64,000 nucleotides of DNA from an uncultured Methanomassiliicoccales archaeon. Its GTDB lineage: Archaea > Thermoplasmatota > Thermoplasmata > Methanomassiliicoccales > UBA472. The stretch's first letter is position 1, and every line of letters begins with the position of its first letter. The DNA lies in contig OY968769.1 in NCBI GenBank assembly GCA_963695345.1, forward strand, positions 160,001 to 224,000, given 5' to 3'. This document shows positions 1 to 11,513 of the stretch, in pieces. The notes under the pieces are model-generated. The model did no database searches. It was not told where the DNA came from and saw only the letters and a program-made list of their open reading frames with translations. The translations under genes were made by a program, and so were the position numbers.

Positions 1-257
1 AAGAATTACATTTTTATAGTAAACGCTTCGAGTTGAAAAGTGCAGGTCGTATACTTTTCCTTCCTCCGATCAAACCTATCTTGACGTCATTTCTATGATG
101 ACAATCGGGTAGAGCCATTGAGCTCACTGGCCATATCAATGGGTCTGTGCTTTGCCTTCTGTGCCACCTTTTTACCATAGACGTAGTTTCCATAGACGTA
201 GCCTACAGTTACATGTTAACCGGATTACCTCGAACACGTTTCTAGGCATCAGATAGA

Positions 258-813
258 ATGAGGGCAAAGCGAGTTCTGGTGGCAAAAAGGCCGGTCGTCC
301 ATCCGATGGAACCGAAGAGGACCGGATGCAATTACTCTCGTTCTGAGGACAGCCTCCTGTTCGAATGTCGCGGCTGCCCTCAAGGCGAAGGACCTGAATG
401 ACATCGTGTGCCTGAAGCGGGTGATCTCCGTGATGGCCGAGCAGAGCGATGTGGAGGAGGTCGTCCTCTCCGGCGACTGGGAATCACTGTACCGGGATGG
501 TTGCGTTCGGGTACTGAACGCCTATGCCGAACTTGTCCGAACCTGCCGCTCAAGCAGCCTGATGACATCGGGAGGGGAGCAATGTCAGACATGTCCGAAC
601 GACCCCCGGAAGTTGGCGGCCGCTATCGCCGATCGGGCCCCGATGCCGTGGGACGACCTGCGCCGTCGGGCCACCTCCGCCAACGTACGTCCCGGCTGCT
701 ACGCTTGCGCCGCCTCCACCGCATCCTTGATGACGCGCTTGGAATCCATCACCAAGGGTATAGACCGGACCGTGGCCAAGGAAGCCTTCCGCATTGTGGG
801 GGTTTCCGAATGA
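258..813 (+). CDS. Cys-rich hypothetical protein at the head of a pilus/secretion operon (frameshift near 385)
   Basis: ATG at 258 reads MRAKRVLV...FECRGCP, then shifts into ORF 406-813 (CLKRVI...CQTCPNDP...CYAC). Its stop overlaps the next ATG (ATGA). Confidence 0.55.
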
Positions 814-2532
814 TGCCCCGAATCATAACCGACCAGGTCGCTGTCCGCCATCCCAATGAGGTTCCCAGAAGCGTCCGCCAGCTGTTAGGCCGGGACCGTA
901 TGAAACGCCCCCGTTTCTCGCAATGCTGGACATTGCCATCGCAGGCCAACGGGTCCACGGCATTGGAAGCGTACGCGGTCTCCGATTCCCAGATCCAGAT
1001 ACTATCCCGGGGCACGCAGACGTTCTATCATGTCTCGCCTTGGGAGTACAACATCCCGAAGGAATGGTCGCTCACGGTACAGGAGACCATCGACGCTGTT
1101 TCGAATTGCCCTCCAGCAGACGTCTCCTTGTCGTACGAGGAGCTGCGACGATACGTCAGGGAGACCGCTGGCCGTTCCATCCGGAGGATCGCCCAAAGGG
1201 ACCGGGTCGACCTCGGATCCGACGAGAAGGAGAAGACATCGATCATCGAGAAGCTCGCCAATGTGACCGCCAGGTACACCGTAGGATTGGGGCTTTTCGA
1301 GGTCCTTCTGGGGGACGACCGCATCGAGGACATCTATGTAGATGCGCCGAGCCAGGACAACCCGGTCCATGTGACCGTCGGAGGGATTAAGGGGATGCGG
1401 GACGGTGGTCCGCTGCCAGACCAACATCGTCGCCTCGCGCAATGAGATCGATGGGCTGGTCTCACGTTTCAGGCAATACAGCCGGCGTCCCTTCTCCGAG
1501 GCGTTCCCGGTCCTGGAGACAGACGCTGTCGGGTTCGACGCCCGCGCCACGTTCATCGGCAAACCGCTTTCACCCAACGGGACCGCCCTCGCCCTCCGGA
1601 GGCACTCACGGAGCGTCTGGACCTTGCCCCGGTTCATCTTCAATGGGACCGTCGACGCCATGACCGCTGGCCTGATATCCTTCCTCATCGACGGGCGCAG
1701 CACCATCCTGTTCTGCGGCCCGCGAGGATCTGGCAAGTCCTCTCTGCTTTCAGCCTCGCTCTTCGAGTTCCCCATCAGCCAGAGGATCCTTACCATCGAG
1801 GACACCATGGAACTCCCCTGTCGCCAGATGCAGCGCCTCGGATTCAAGGTGCAGTCGCTGCTAGTGGAGAACCGCATGGGACAGGACCAGGAGGACAGGA
1901 CGGACGAGGCCCTGCGGGTCTCGCTGCGCCTGGGCGAATCCGCGATAGTTCTGGGAGAGGTGCGGGGAAAGGAGGCTATGACCTTATACGAGAGCATGCG
2001 CACCGGCAAGGCCGGTTCGTCGGTGCTGGGAACGATCCACGGTGATTCTGCCCGATCGGTCTTTGAGCGGGTCGTCCATGATCTTGGAATATCCGGTGAG
2101 GCGTTCAGCGCCACCGACATGGTGATCACGCTCGGCCTCAACCGGATCGCCGGAGGGCAGCGCCAGGAACGCAAGGTGCTGGAAGTGGCCGAATGCGCCC
2201 GGTGCAGGGGCATAGGCGAATTCGACAGGCTCGTGTTCTTCGACAACGCCGCCGGCGCCCCTGTCTTCGACCGCTCCTTCCGTTCGGAGTGCATTTCCCG
2301 CATCGCCTCCTCCTGGAACATCAGCTACCAGGAGGCGATGCTCAACATCGAGGCCCGGGCCCGTATGAGGCAGGTCCTGGTCGACGCCGCGAAGGCCGGT
2401 AGGATGGAGCACCTGGGACCGGAATGGACCTGCAAATGCAACGAGTTCTTCTGGAGCCGCGTGGAGTCGGAGGAACGGGACTACGATGCGATGGTGAAGG
2501 ATTTCTCCCAGCTGGTCCTGGGAGGAATGTGA
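810..2532 (+). CDS. Type II/IV secretion (TadA/VirB11/FlaI-like) ATPase, frameshift near 1400
   Basis: LLGDDRIEDIYVD motif, Walker A GPRGSGKS, TIEDTMEL, Walker B IVLGEVRG, His box GTIHG. Confidence 0.9.
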
Positions 2533-2533
2533 G

Positions 2534-4287
2534 ATGTCGGTTTTCATCGGGAAGGAACGGACAGCGCCGGAATGGTTCTCCGCCATGTTCAAAACGAAGA
2601 GGACAGAGGCACAATCCGATTGGATGCGGAGGCATAAGGTGACCGAAGGCGCGCTCCGAGCCAGGGCATACCGGATCTTTGCCGTGATCGGTATCGCGGG
2701 CACGGTGGTTCTCGCTATGTTGAGCGTCATTTTCGGACCTCCTGCCCTCCTCTATCTCCTGGCGCCGTTCTCACTGTTCCTGATCATCGTCCCTTCACTG
2801 GTCATGGGCTCTCCGGCCAACGGGGCCAAACGCGAGGAGCTGGATATGCTGAGGGAATCCCCTACGGTAATTGGGGCGATGTCCATGAGCATGCAGCTCC
2901 AGCCATCCTTGGACCGGGCGGTGGCATTCGCATCGCAATGCGACGACGGGTCGCTGAACCTGCGCCTCAGGACGCTTCTGTGGCAAGTGCTCACCCGGGT
3001 GCGGTACGACCTTCCCACCTCCATGATGGAGTTCGCCTCCACCCTCACGGATGAGAACGAGAGTCTGCGCCAATCGATCCACCTGTTCATTTCCGCCACC
3101 CACGAGTCCTCCCGGGAAGGAATGGACCGTCTGCTCGACAAGGCCAATACCCTGGTCATCGACGGGGTGAAGGACCGGGTCGAACGCTACGTTGCCTCGT
3201 TGGCCATGCCCACCATGGTCTTCTTCGCCTTCGGCATTCTGCTCCCGGTGATGATGTTCTCCCTGGTGCCCCTTCTCACCCTCGGTAACGTATCGTCCAT
3301 CGGTTCCGCGAAAAACGCCGCCCCGATAATCACCGACCTTGATCTGGCACTTCTGCTCCTGGTGGTCTTCCCGGCCGCCTCGTTCCTATACTCCCGCTCC
3401 ACCCTTTCCCGGAACCCTCTGCAGAGCGTTGGACGGCTGGAGATAGCCCTCGGCGGGAAGGCCATCGGGGCCATCATCGCGTACATCGTTGCCATGTCCG
3501 TTCTCACAGTGCTGATGTCCAGCTCCTTTCCGGAAATGCGTCTTGGTGGCGGGCGTATGCCTGCCCTCGGCATATTTCTACCTGCGATTCAAGTCCGATG
3601 CACGTCCAGGCATCCAAGTTGCCGGGGATCGAGAAGGATTTCGTCAACGCGCTTTACCAGATGGGGAACAGGATGACCACCGGCACCAGCTTCGATGTCG
3701 CGTTCGAGGAGGTGGCCCGTTCCCGTTCCTCTTCCGCTTTCGGGGAGTTCGCCCGCAGGACCAGATACAAATGCCTGACCACCAGGCAGGAACTCTCCGC
3801 CATCATCTCCAATGACGAAGAGCTGCAAAGCCTGTCCCCGCTGGTCAGGAACGCCGTTGTTACCGTGGCCGAGTGCGCCGCCTCCGACCCGCAGGCGGCA
3901 GGCAAGGTCGCCCTTAACCTGGCCCAGTATCTATCCGACCTGCGCACCTGTCAGGCGAAGATACGCGAGAAGCTGCAGAGCGTGGTGGACATGATGACCT
4001 CGACCAGCGCCATCTTCGCGCCGATCGTCCTGGGCATAACCGGCAGCCTGTTCTCCCTGGTCGGAGTCGTTTCACCCGGTTCCGGTTCGGTGCAGAACAT
4101 GACCTTGATCGGAGGTGCCTACGTGGTCGAGCTGACCTTCATCGTCTCCTTCTTCACCGTGTTCCTGATGGGCGGTAAGAATTGGACCGAGGTCGCCTAT
4201 CGGTTCTTCACCAAGGCCCCGGTCGCCGTCATCGTGTTCATTTCAGTTTCACTAGTCGCTCGGGGAGGCCTGACGCAACTTCTGTGA
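2534..4287 (+). CDS. TadC/GspF-like membrane platform protein (two T2SS-F-like halves), frameshift near 3545
   Basis: Multiple TM segments, directly downstream of the secretion ATPase. ORFs 2534-3676 and 3598-4287 join. Confidence 0.75.
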
Positions 4288-4675
4288 CCCAGAAGATGTC
4301 CTTCTCATCCGCCTCCAGTATCTCGACGGACAGCTGTTCCTCGTTGTGCTTGGTCATCAATCCATCGATCCGCTGCCGCTCGGATTCGAGCAGCCTTATC
4401 TCCAGCGTCTTCGTGGAATCGACGAAATGGACCACCGGCAGATGACCATCCCGGACCACGATGTTGTTCTTGCCCAATGTGCAACCGGTGGTGAACTGGA
4501 TGCCGTCGATCAAACATGACATGGGAGGGTGCCTGCCGGTGAAGACCACTGCCGTCATCCTGCCCCCGAACCTCTCGCGGGCCATCTTACCCATGCGATA
4601 GCCGATGACCACATACGGTCCGAGATGTCCGTGGAAGCGCTTCAGCGGGATCAGTTCGTCAGGCAGTTCGGTCAT
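4238..4675 (-). CDS. FmdE-family (formylmethanofuran dehydrogenase subunit E-like) protein
   Basis: FHGHLGPYVVIGYRMG and CLIDGIQFTTGCTLGKNNI motifs. Confidence 0.85.
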   Translation of the reverse strand: MTELPDELIPLKRFHGHLGPYVVIGYRMGKMARERFGGRMTAVVFTGRHPPMSCLIDGIQFTTGCTLGKNNIVVRDGHLPVVHFVDSTKTLEIRLLESERQRIDGLMTKHNEEQLSVEILEADEKDIFWVTEVASGLPERLVKLK

Positions 4676-4848
4676 GATCCGCGTTAATAATCACGAGCTA
4701 GATGAAGATTGCCAAGGTCAGTTCCAGGATATGGCATATCGATTCTCATCTCTGGTGGCTTACCATGTCCTGACGCGTGGAGAACCGCGTTCTCTGCGCG
4801 CTGTCGTTAAAAAACGTTAATTACTTGGCCGCGTCTGCTTGGGACTGG

Positions 4849-5418
4849 ATGAGCGACCGGAGATCACCGTTCCAGAAGTGGAAACTGACCATGCTGGCAA
4901 TTTTCGTGGCGTGGCTAGCGGTCATCCTGATCGCCCCCCTGTCACTGCCGACCGGAAGCGTGAAGGACCTGTCCGGAGCGGTGGGAAGACTGGACAATCC
5001 CGGGCAAGAGGCCAGGATGAACCTGTTCGCCCAGATCGTGTATACGATGGGCGACATCGAATGCCATCAGATCGCCGAGCGCTCGTACTACCTCAACGGC
5101 AACGAGCTGCCGATATGCTCCAGGGACGTCGGGTTATCAATCGGGCTATTGGTCGGAATGCTGATCGGCCTATTGTACGCCAGACGCATCAATCCTACCA
5201 TTCTGGCACTGGGCATCCTGCCTTTATTGATCGACGGCGGGCTGCAGTCGGTATCCAGCTATCAATCCAATAACACCCTCCGGATCGTCACCGGCATCAT
5301 CGCTGGCGTGGTGGTGGCACTGCTTCTGTGCGAGTTCGCCGCTAGATATCTGGAGGTCGGTCGGAACGGGACCGCTAAGAACAGTGAGCCAGACAACGTC
5401 CCCAAAGAACAGTCCTAG
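4849..5418 (+). CDS. DUF2085-family membrane protein
   Basis: CHQIAERSY...PICSRDVG and P..IDG..Q...SNN.LR..TG motifs, with TM helices. Confidence 0.8.
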   Translation: MSDRRSPFQKWKLTMLAIFVAWLAVILIAPLSLPTGSVKDLSGAVGRLDNPGQEARMNLFAQIVYTMGDIECHQIAERSYYLNGNELPICSRDVGLSIGLLVGMLIGLLYARRINPTILALGILPLLIDGGLQSVSSYQSNNTLRIVTGIIAGVVVALLLCEFAARYLEVGRNGTAKNSEPDNVPKEQS

Positions 5419-5538
5419 GGCGTTTCCAGCGTTATACGCAGAGGCCATATCGGCAAAATCTATATATAGAGTAGTCCCAATTGGAGTTGTGACAGATTTG
5501 TCTGTTCATCCTTTTACCAATTCTGGAAGGTGTGATGT

Positions 5539-6192
5539 ATGGTAGAGGCTACAAAGACGGGTACGACCACCATAGGAATCGTCAACAATGACGGAGTAGT
5601 GCTAGCTTCGGAGCACCGCGCGACAATGGGCAACTTTATCGCCCATAAGGAAACGCAGAAGGTCTTCAAGATCGACGATAACCTTGGACTTACCACGGCT
5701 GGATTGGTCGGCGACGCGCAAGTGCTCGCCCGCTATGTCAAGGCGGAGGTCGAGCTGTACAAGCTCAGACGCCAGGCGCCCATGTCGGTCAAGGCTGCGG
5801 CAACATTGATGTCCAACATCCTCAGGCGGGGCGGGGGGTCCCAGGGATTCTACTACGTTGGACTGATCGTCGGCGGTCATGACAACGAGGGAGGCCACGT
5901 GTATTCCCTGGATGCCGCGGGCGGATCGATCCCGGACAACTACATTTCCGTCGGTTCCGGCTCACCGTATGCGTACGGTGTCCTCGAGGACCACTATAAG
6001 AAGGACGTGTCCCTCAGCGACAGCATCGACCTGGCCATCAGGGCGCTGAACGCCGCGATGAAGAGGGACTCAGCAAGCGGTGATGGCATGGCCATCATCA
6101 CCATAACCAAGGATGGTTATGTGGAGGTCTCCGATGAGGAGATCTCGAAGCGGGCTTCGCGCATGGGCATCAACGTGCCCAAGCCGAACTAA
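5539..6192 (+). CDS. psmB: Proteasome beta subunit
   Basis: Short propeptide followed by KTG|[18 protein letters not shown] and RDSASGDG. Confidence 0.97.
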   Translation: MVEATKTGTTTIGIVNNDGVVLASEHRATMGNFIAHKETQKVFKIDDNLGLTTAGLVGDAQVLARYVKAEVELYKLRRQAPMSVKAAATLMSNILRRGGGSQGFYYVGLIVGGHDNEGGHVYSLDAAGGSIPDNYISVGSGSPYAYGVLEDHYKKDVSLSDSIDLAIRALNAAMKRDSASGDGMAIITITKDGYVEVSDEEISKRASRMGINVPKPN

Positions 6193-6240
6193 ACCCCTTT
6201 CCAAAAACCTTACTGTTGTTAATAGCCAAAAGTTGATTTC

Positions 6241-8148
6241 ATGAGCGCCGAGAGAATTCTGGAAGATGCCCGAGAACAGGTACGCAAGATAGTACCGTCG
6301 CACATCAACATTACTTCGATTGACTTCGAGGGCCCGGTAGTGGTCATCTACACCAAGGACATGGATGCCTTCGCATCCAACAACGATATCGTCCGTCAGC
6401 TGGCACAGGGATTGCGGCGGCGCGTCGCCATAAGACCGGACGCCTCACTGCTGGCCGATCCAGACATCGTGGAGAAAAAGATCCGCGAGATCATTCCGGA
6501 GGAAGCCCAGATAACCGACATATTCTTCGAGCCGGAGACCGGCGAGGTGACCATCGAAGCGATCGCGCCCGGCCTGGTCATAGGCAAGCAGGGCGCCATC
6601 CTGAACGAGATCAAGAAGGAGGTCGGTTGGGCCCCCAAGGTGGTCCGGGCACCGCCGATACCGTCAAAGACGGTCTCCGAGATACGTTCCTACCTGAGAC
6701 ATATCCAGACCGAACGCAAGGATTTCCTCCGGAAGACCGGGAGGAGGCTGGCCCGGCAGAAGTACGAGGGAGAGTCCTGGATACGCCTGACCGCGCTCGG
6801 CGGTTTCCGTGAGGTCGGACGCTCTGCCTCACTGCTCTCGACCCGGGACTCGAAGATCCTGATAGACTGCGGACTGGACGTCGGCGCCGACGGCGCCACG
6901 CCATACTTCAGCGCCCCTGAGATCCAGCCGCTGGACCAGATCGACTGCGTGGTCATCACCCATGCTCACCTGGACCACTGCGGCCTCCTGCCGGCACTGT
7001 ACAAGTACGGCTTCGATGGGCCGGTCTACTGTACCGCCCCGACCCGGGACCTGATGTCGCTACTTCAGCTGGACTACATCAAGGTGGCCAATTCCGAGGG
7101 AAAGAAGAGCCCCTATGAGTCCGCCCAGGTCCGGGACGTGGTCAAGCATTGCATCCCTCTCAAGTACGGCGAGACCACCGATGTGGCGCCCGACATCCGC
7201 CTGACGTTCCAGAACGCCGGGCATATCCTAGGTTCGGCCGTCTGCCACTTCCATATCGGGGACGGCCTTTACAACATCGCCTTCACCGGCGACATGAAGT
7301 TCGAGCGGACCTGGCTCTTCAACGCCACGGTCAACAAGTTCCCCCGGCTGGAGACCCTGATCATCGAATCCACCTACGGCGGCTACCATGACATCCAGCC
7401 GAGCCGGGTCGAGGCGTCGACACAGCTGCGCGACATTGTGGTCCGGACCCTGGAAAGGAAGGGAAAGGTCGTCGTGCCGGTCTTCGCCGTCGGACGTTCC
7501 CAGGAAGTGATGCTGGTAATAGAGGAGCTGGTCCGGACCGGCAAGATCGACAAGCTGCCGGTCTACCTGGACGGAATGATCTGGGAGGCGACCGCGATCC
7601 ATACCGCCTACCCCGAGTTCCTGAACTCGCAATTGCGCACCCAGATATTCCAGATGAACCAGAACCCGTTCCTGTCGGACATATTCAAGCGGGTCGACTC
7701 GCAGGAGATGAGGGAGAAGATCCTTCACGACCCGGACCCGTGCGTCGTGCTCGCCACCGGCGGCATGATGAACGGCGGACCGATCCTCGAATACGTCAAG
7801 AACTGGGCGGACGATCCGAACTCGACGCTGGTGTTCGTCGGTTACCAGGCGGAAGGGACGATCGGACGGAAGATCCAGAAGGGCGTGAAGGACCTCACGA
7901 TGATGGAGAAGGGCAAGCCGATCACCGTCGAGTTCAAGATGGACTCGGAGACGATCGACGGGTTCTCCGGCCACTCGGACCGGCGCCAGCTGATCAACTA
8001 CATCGCTACCCTGGAACCGAAACCGGAAAGGATCATCATCGGACACGGCGAAGAGCACAAATGCCTGGACCTGGCTTCGGCGTTGTACAAGAAGTTCAAC
8101 ATCGAGACCCGCGCCCCGATGAACCTCGAGACCATCCGGATGAAGTAG
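6241..8148 (+). CDS. fttA: KH-domain beta-CASP ribonuclease aCPSF1 (transcription termination factor FttA)
   Basis: Two KH domains, GGFREVGRS, HAHLDH, AGHILGS, FSGHSD. Conserved position after psmB. Confidence 0.95.
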   Translation: MSAERILEDAREQVRKIVPSHINITSIDFEGPVVVIYTKDMDAFASNNDIVRQLAQGLRRRVAIRPDASLLADPDIVEKKIREIIPEEAQITDIFFEPETGEVTIEAIAPGLVIGKQGAILNEIKKEVGWAPKVVRAPPIPSKTVSEIRSYLRHIQTERKDFLRKTGRRLARQKYEGESWIRLTALGGFREVGRSASLLSTRDSKILIDCGLDVGADGATPYFSAPEIQPLDQIDCVVITHAHLDHCGLLPALYKYGFDGPVYCTAPTRDLMSLLQLDYIKVANSEGKKSPYESAQVRDVVKHCIPLKYGETTDVAPDIRLTFQNAGHILGSAVCHFHIGDGLYNIAFTGDMKFERTWLFNATVNKFPRLETLIIESTYGGYHDIQPSRVEASTQLRDIVVRTLERKGKVVVPVFAVGRSQEVMLVIEELVRTGKIDKLPVYLDGMIWEATAIHTAYPEFLNSQLRTQIFQMNQNPFLSDIFKRVDSQEMREKILHDPDPCVVLATGGMMNGGPILEYVKNWADDPNSTLVFVGYQAEGTIGRKIQKGVKDLTMMEKGKPITVEFKMDSETIDGFSGHSDRRQLINYIATLEPKPERIIIGHGEEHKCLDLASALYKKFNIETRAPMNLETIRMK

Positions 8149-8266
8149 GTCAAAGCCCGGTAATCGGCATTTTCCATCCCCGCCGCAGACTGCGGGCATG
8201 GATCCATTCGATTTTCCATACCACATACGCTAGATTTTCATATGTGGAACTCCTCGAATCACCGAA

Positions 8267-8689
8267 ATGAAAGAAGGAATGAAGACCGCGATTGCGGCAA
8301 TTTCCATGATCCTACTGTTGATCTGTTTCATCATTTCTACCGCACTGACCACCGGTTCTCTGAGATCGCTCGTTCTCGGTGTCTTCCTTGGCGGTACATT
8401 CCTCTTCCTGGTCTCGACCGGAATGGCGATGATCTTCGGACACGCAGGATTCCTGCTGACCGGATGGAACACGATGACCCCGGAAGAGAGGTCCCGTTAT
8501 GATGAGAAAAAGATGCTCAGGTTCGGAGGAATCCTCATCATCGTGACCTCGATGGGGATCCTGCTCTCGCTCCTCAGCTTCACCTTCGGACAGCCTTGGT
8601 TAGGATGGATATTGCTGGTTTTGAGCTTGACCGTTGTGTTCGCTGGTGCGGTCCACATGGGAAGGAAAGGCAACATCTATTCCGTCTGA
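8267..8689 (+). CDS. Small membrane protein, DUF3784-like
   Basis: Four hydrophobic helices and an LLTGWNTMTPEERSRYD motif. Confidence 0.65.
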   Translation: MKEGMKTAIAAISMILLLICFIISTALTTGSLRSLVLGVFLGGTFLFLVSTGMAMIFGHAGFLLTGWNTMTPEERSRYDEKKMLRFGGILIIVTSMGILLSLLSFTFGQPWLGWILLVLSLTVVFAGAVHMGRKGNIYSV

Positions 8690-8814
8690 GCTCGGTTTCT
8701 CCGAAGCTTTAGGCGATTGGGTCGATGGTGAACGATCGAACATGATGCCCCCTCTATCGCCGAAACGACAGGGTAAAAAAGGGAACCTCGCAATGTTGTG
8801 CTCTCTCGGACCGA

Positions 8815-9744
8815 TCATAGCCCTGGGATCTTGGTTTCCTTACCTTCCTCGCCCAGAAGGATCACCCTGCTGTCGTCCTTCCTCTTGATGACCGACATGC
8901 CCATCTCCTCCCCCACCTTCTCCCCGAACTGGATCACATCGCCGATGGAAGGCATGTTGTCCATGGTCATCCGGCGCCGCGAATCGCCCACGAACACGTA
9001 TCCCTTGGGCTCGATGAACAGGGGGTCGGCGATCGCGTCAAGCTTGGCGTACTCCTTCTCCCATCCCAGGTTCCAGTCTTTGACCAGCGTGTGCCTTATG
9101 ACGGTCCTGGTTTTCAGTGATGGGAACAGCTCCAGAGTGCGCATCAGCCTCTTCCATCCATCCTCTATGCGGGGAACGCAGAGCCTCTTGTACAGCTCTT
9201 CGTTGGGCGCCGCCACCGTCACGTACAGCTGGGTCGGCAGCGTGTCCATCTTTTCCAGCACTTCCGGGAAGGTGCCGTTGGTCACCAGGAACGTGGTCAT
9301 GCCCCGGCGTGTGCACAGGGCGATGAAATCGGACAGGTAGGGATACATGGTCGGTTCTCCCGCCAGCGATATCGCCACCTGTTTCGGCTCGCGGCACTCG
9401 TCCCACATCTGCCTGGTGCAACGAGGATCTCCCTTGAACCCGGAGACCAGCTTGCGCTGCTGCTCGATGAGCGTGTCCAGCATCTCCTCCGGTTCCTTCC
9501 ATTCGTGGACCGTGGACTCGAACCCCCGCACCCTCCAGCAGAACAGGCAATTGTGGGTGCAATCGTTCACCGCCGGGGTCATCTGCAGGCAGCGGTGCGA
9601 CTTGATCCCATAGAAATCCTGCTTGTAGCACTGCCGTCCACGCAGCATGCTCTCCTTCATCCAGTGGCAGAGCTTGACCGCCGCATGGCCGCCGTTGGTC
9701 CGGTATCCCTGCTTGTCGAGGATGGACCTGAGGTCGTCCTTCAT
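8815..9744 (-). CDS. taw1: 4-demethylwyosine synthase Taw1/Tyw1 (radical SAM)
   Basis: HAAVKLCHW, CYKQDFYGIKSHRCLQMTP, CxxxCxxC (CTHNCLFCWR), SLAGEPT. Confidence 0.95.
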   Translation of the reverse strand: MKDDLRSILDKQGYRTNGGHAAVKLCHWMKESMLRGRQCYKQDFYGIKSHRCLQMTPAVNDCTHNCLFCWRVRGFESTVHEWKEPEEMLDTLIEQQRKLVSGFKGDPRCTRQMWDECREPKQVAISLAGEPTMYPYLSDFIALCTRRGMTTFLVTNGTFPEVLEKMDTLPTQLYVTVAAPNEELYKRLCVPRIEDGWKRLMRTLELFPSLKTRTVIRHTLVKDWNLGWEKEYAKLDAIADPLFIEPKGYVFVGDSRRRMTMDNMPSIGDVIQFGEKVGEEMGMSVIKRKDDSRVILLGEEGKETKIPGL

Positions 9745-9746
9745 GC

Positions 9747-11294
9747 TCAGCCCTCGAAATCGAACAGCGATTTCTGTTTGGTCTTCTCTTCCGTCGCCGT
9801 CTCCGCCCTTTCCGGTTCCGGTTCCTTTTTCGGCTCCGCTTTCGGCTCCACCCTCACCGGTTCCGTTTTCGGCTCCGGTGCCCTCTCCGCCGCTTCCAGC
9901 AAAGGCTCGGACTTCTTCCGCCCCTTCTTCTTCTTTTCGGCGGACTTGGGGCGGCTCTCATCCTCCTTGATGGCGCCGGTCGCGTTCCCCTTGATGACGG
10001 TGAGCTCCTGCATCAGTTGCTTCACGGCGGCCGAGTCCACCTTCTGGTCCAGAAGGTACGCCGCCTCCTCCTGCTGCACATCCAGCCGGATGGACATGTT
10101 CAAACGGAACTCCTTGTTTGCCTGGTACAGCGTTTGGAAATAGGGAAGGATGTCGGTCTGGGTCTGGGCCTTGGACGCGTGGCACTCCCGGCCGATCTTC
10201 AGTATGACATCCCCTTCCACCCCGCGGGCGTTCTTGGACGATGCCAGACGCATGATGTTGAACGGGAACCGGTACTGCACCCAGGCATGGTACAGCTTCT
10301 TCTTCGCCAGGGTAACGCCTAATGCCATGTTGTCCGTGGCATACGACCAGAACCCGTAGTACTGGCGGCGGCTCACCCGCCCGAGGAAGATGTCCGCCCG
10401 GGAGAGCCGTTCGAACGCCCTCTCCAGATCGGCGTGGTCCTTGTACTCCAAGGGCACGTTCTCGTCAAGCCATTTGAGAACGAAATCGGGCGCCTCCCCG
10501 ATGTCCATCATCGTGCGCTTTGCCTTCTGGCCGTTGCTGCCGTGGAGGATCTCGCCCATCAGGTCGTACATCGATTTGGTGGACAGCCGGGAATCCATGA
10601 CATTTGCGTCGTCGTCCCCGACGCTGAGCGCCCCCAATGAGACCGCCTGCAGGTCCCGCACCGCCGCCCTCATGTCCCCATTGGCGTTCTCGGCGATGTG
10701 ATCCAGGGCCTTTTCGGATATCTCGACACCCTGATCCTCGGCGATCCGGCGGAGCACCGTCTTCATGGTGTTCGCGTTGATCTTGTTGAATGAAATGGCC
10801 TTGGCCGACTTTATGGCCGAGCTGCGCCGGCTCAGCGCGTACAGATCGTTCACGATGAGAATGACCGGCTGTTTGGTCGTCTGGATCAGCTCCGCGATCG
10901 CCGGTACGCCCCCGTGGTCCTCCCGGCCGAACACGTTGTCCGCCTCGTCCAGTATGATCAGCTTGTGCCTTCCGTCCTTGGTGGAGAGGAACTCCCCGGT
11001 ATCGCTGAACGTCTCCCCGACCGCGCCCCTGATGGCTATCCTTTGGATCGAATCGGCATTCCGGTGGTCGGAAGCGTTCATCTCCACCACTCCCCAGCCC
11101 ATATCCCTCGCCAGCGCCAGCGCGGTGCTGGTCTTTCCGATCCCCGGAGGTCCCTTCAGGACCACCGCTTTGTCCCGCGGCCGCCCCTGTTCCCAGGACA
11201 AGGCCCAGTCCTTCAGCTCCTTGACCGCCTTAGGATTCCCTACCACGTCCTTCAGGCTCTTAGGCCGGTAGAGCTCGGTCCAATCGTCACCCAT
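9747..11294 (-). CDS. rfcL: Replication factor C large subunit
   Basis: WTELYRPKSL, GPPGIGKT, EMNASD, DEAD, GDMRAAV and a C-terminal PIP box QKSLFDF. Confidence 0.95.
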   Translation of the reverse strand: MGDDWTELYRPKSLKDVVGNPKAVKELKDWALSWEQGRPRDKAVVLKGPPGIGKTSTALALARDMGWGVVEMNASDHRNADSIQRIAIRGAVGETFSDTGEFLSTKDGRHKLIILDEADNVFGREDHGGVPAIAELIQTTKQPVILIVNDLYALSRRSSAIKSAKAISFNKINANTMKTVLRRIAEDQGVEISEKALDHIAENANGDMRAAVRDLQAVSLGALSVGDDDANVMDSRLSTKSMYDLMGEILHGSNGQKAKRTMMDIGEAPDFVLKWLDENVPLEYKDHADLERAFERLSRADIFLGRVSRRQYYGFWSYATDNMALGVTLAKKKLYHAWVQYRFPFNIMRLASSKNARGVEGDVILKIGRECHASKAQTQTDILPYFQTLYQANKEFRLNMSIRLDVQQEEAAYLLDQKVDSAAVKQLMQELTVIKGNATGAIKEDESRPKSAEKKKKGRKKSEPLLEAAERAPEPKTEPVRVEPKAEPKKEPEPERAETATEEKTKQKSLFDFEG

Positions 11295-11513
11295 GTCGCC
11301 CCTAGCTATGTAGGAAATGGATTTATAATTAGGCCTAGGCCCGCCCTATTGTCCGGTCCGTCTGAGCTTCCAGGATAGACAAGGACACCTGACATAGTCC
11401 TCAAGGATCATGATCCATACGTCACCGGGCGACCCGGATTTCTCAGTGGCACCTTATTATCAGATCGAACCTTTCACGAAACAACATCTTTAATAATCCC
11501 GGCAAATCAAGAA

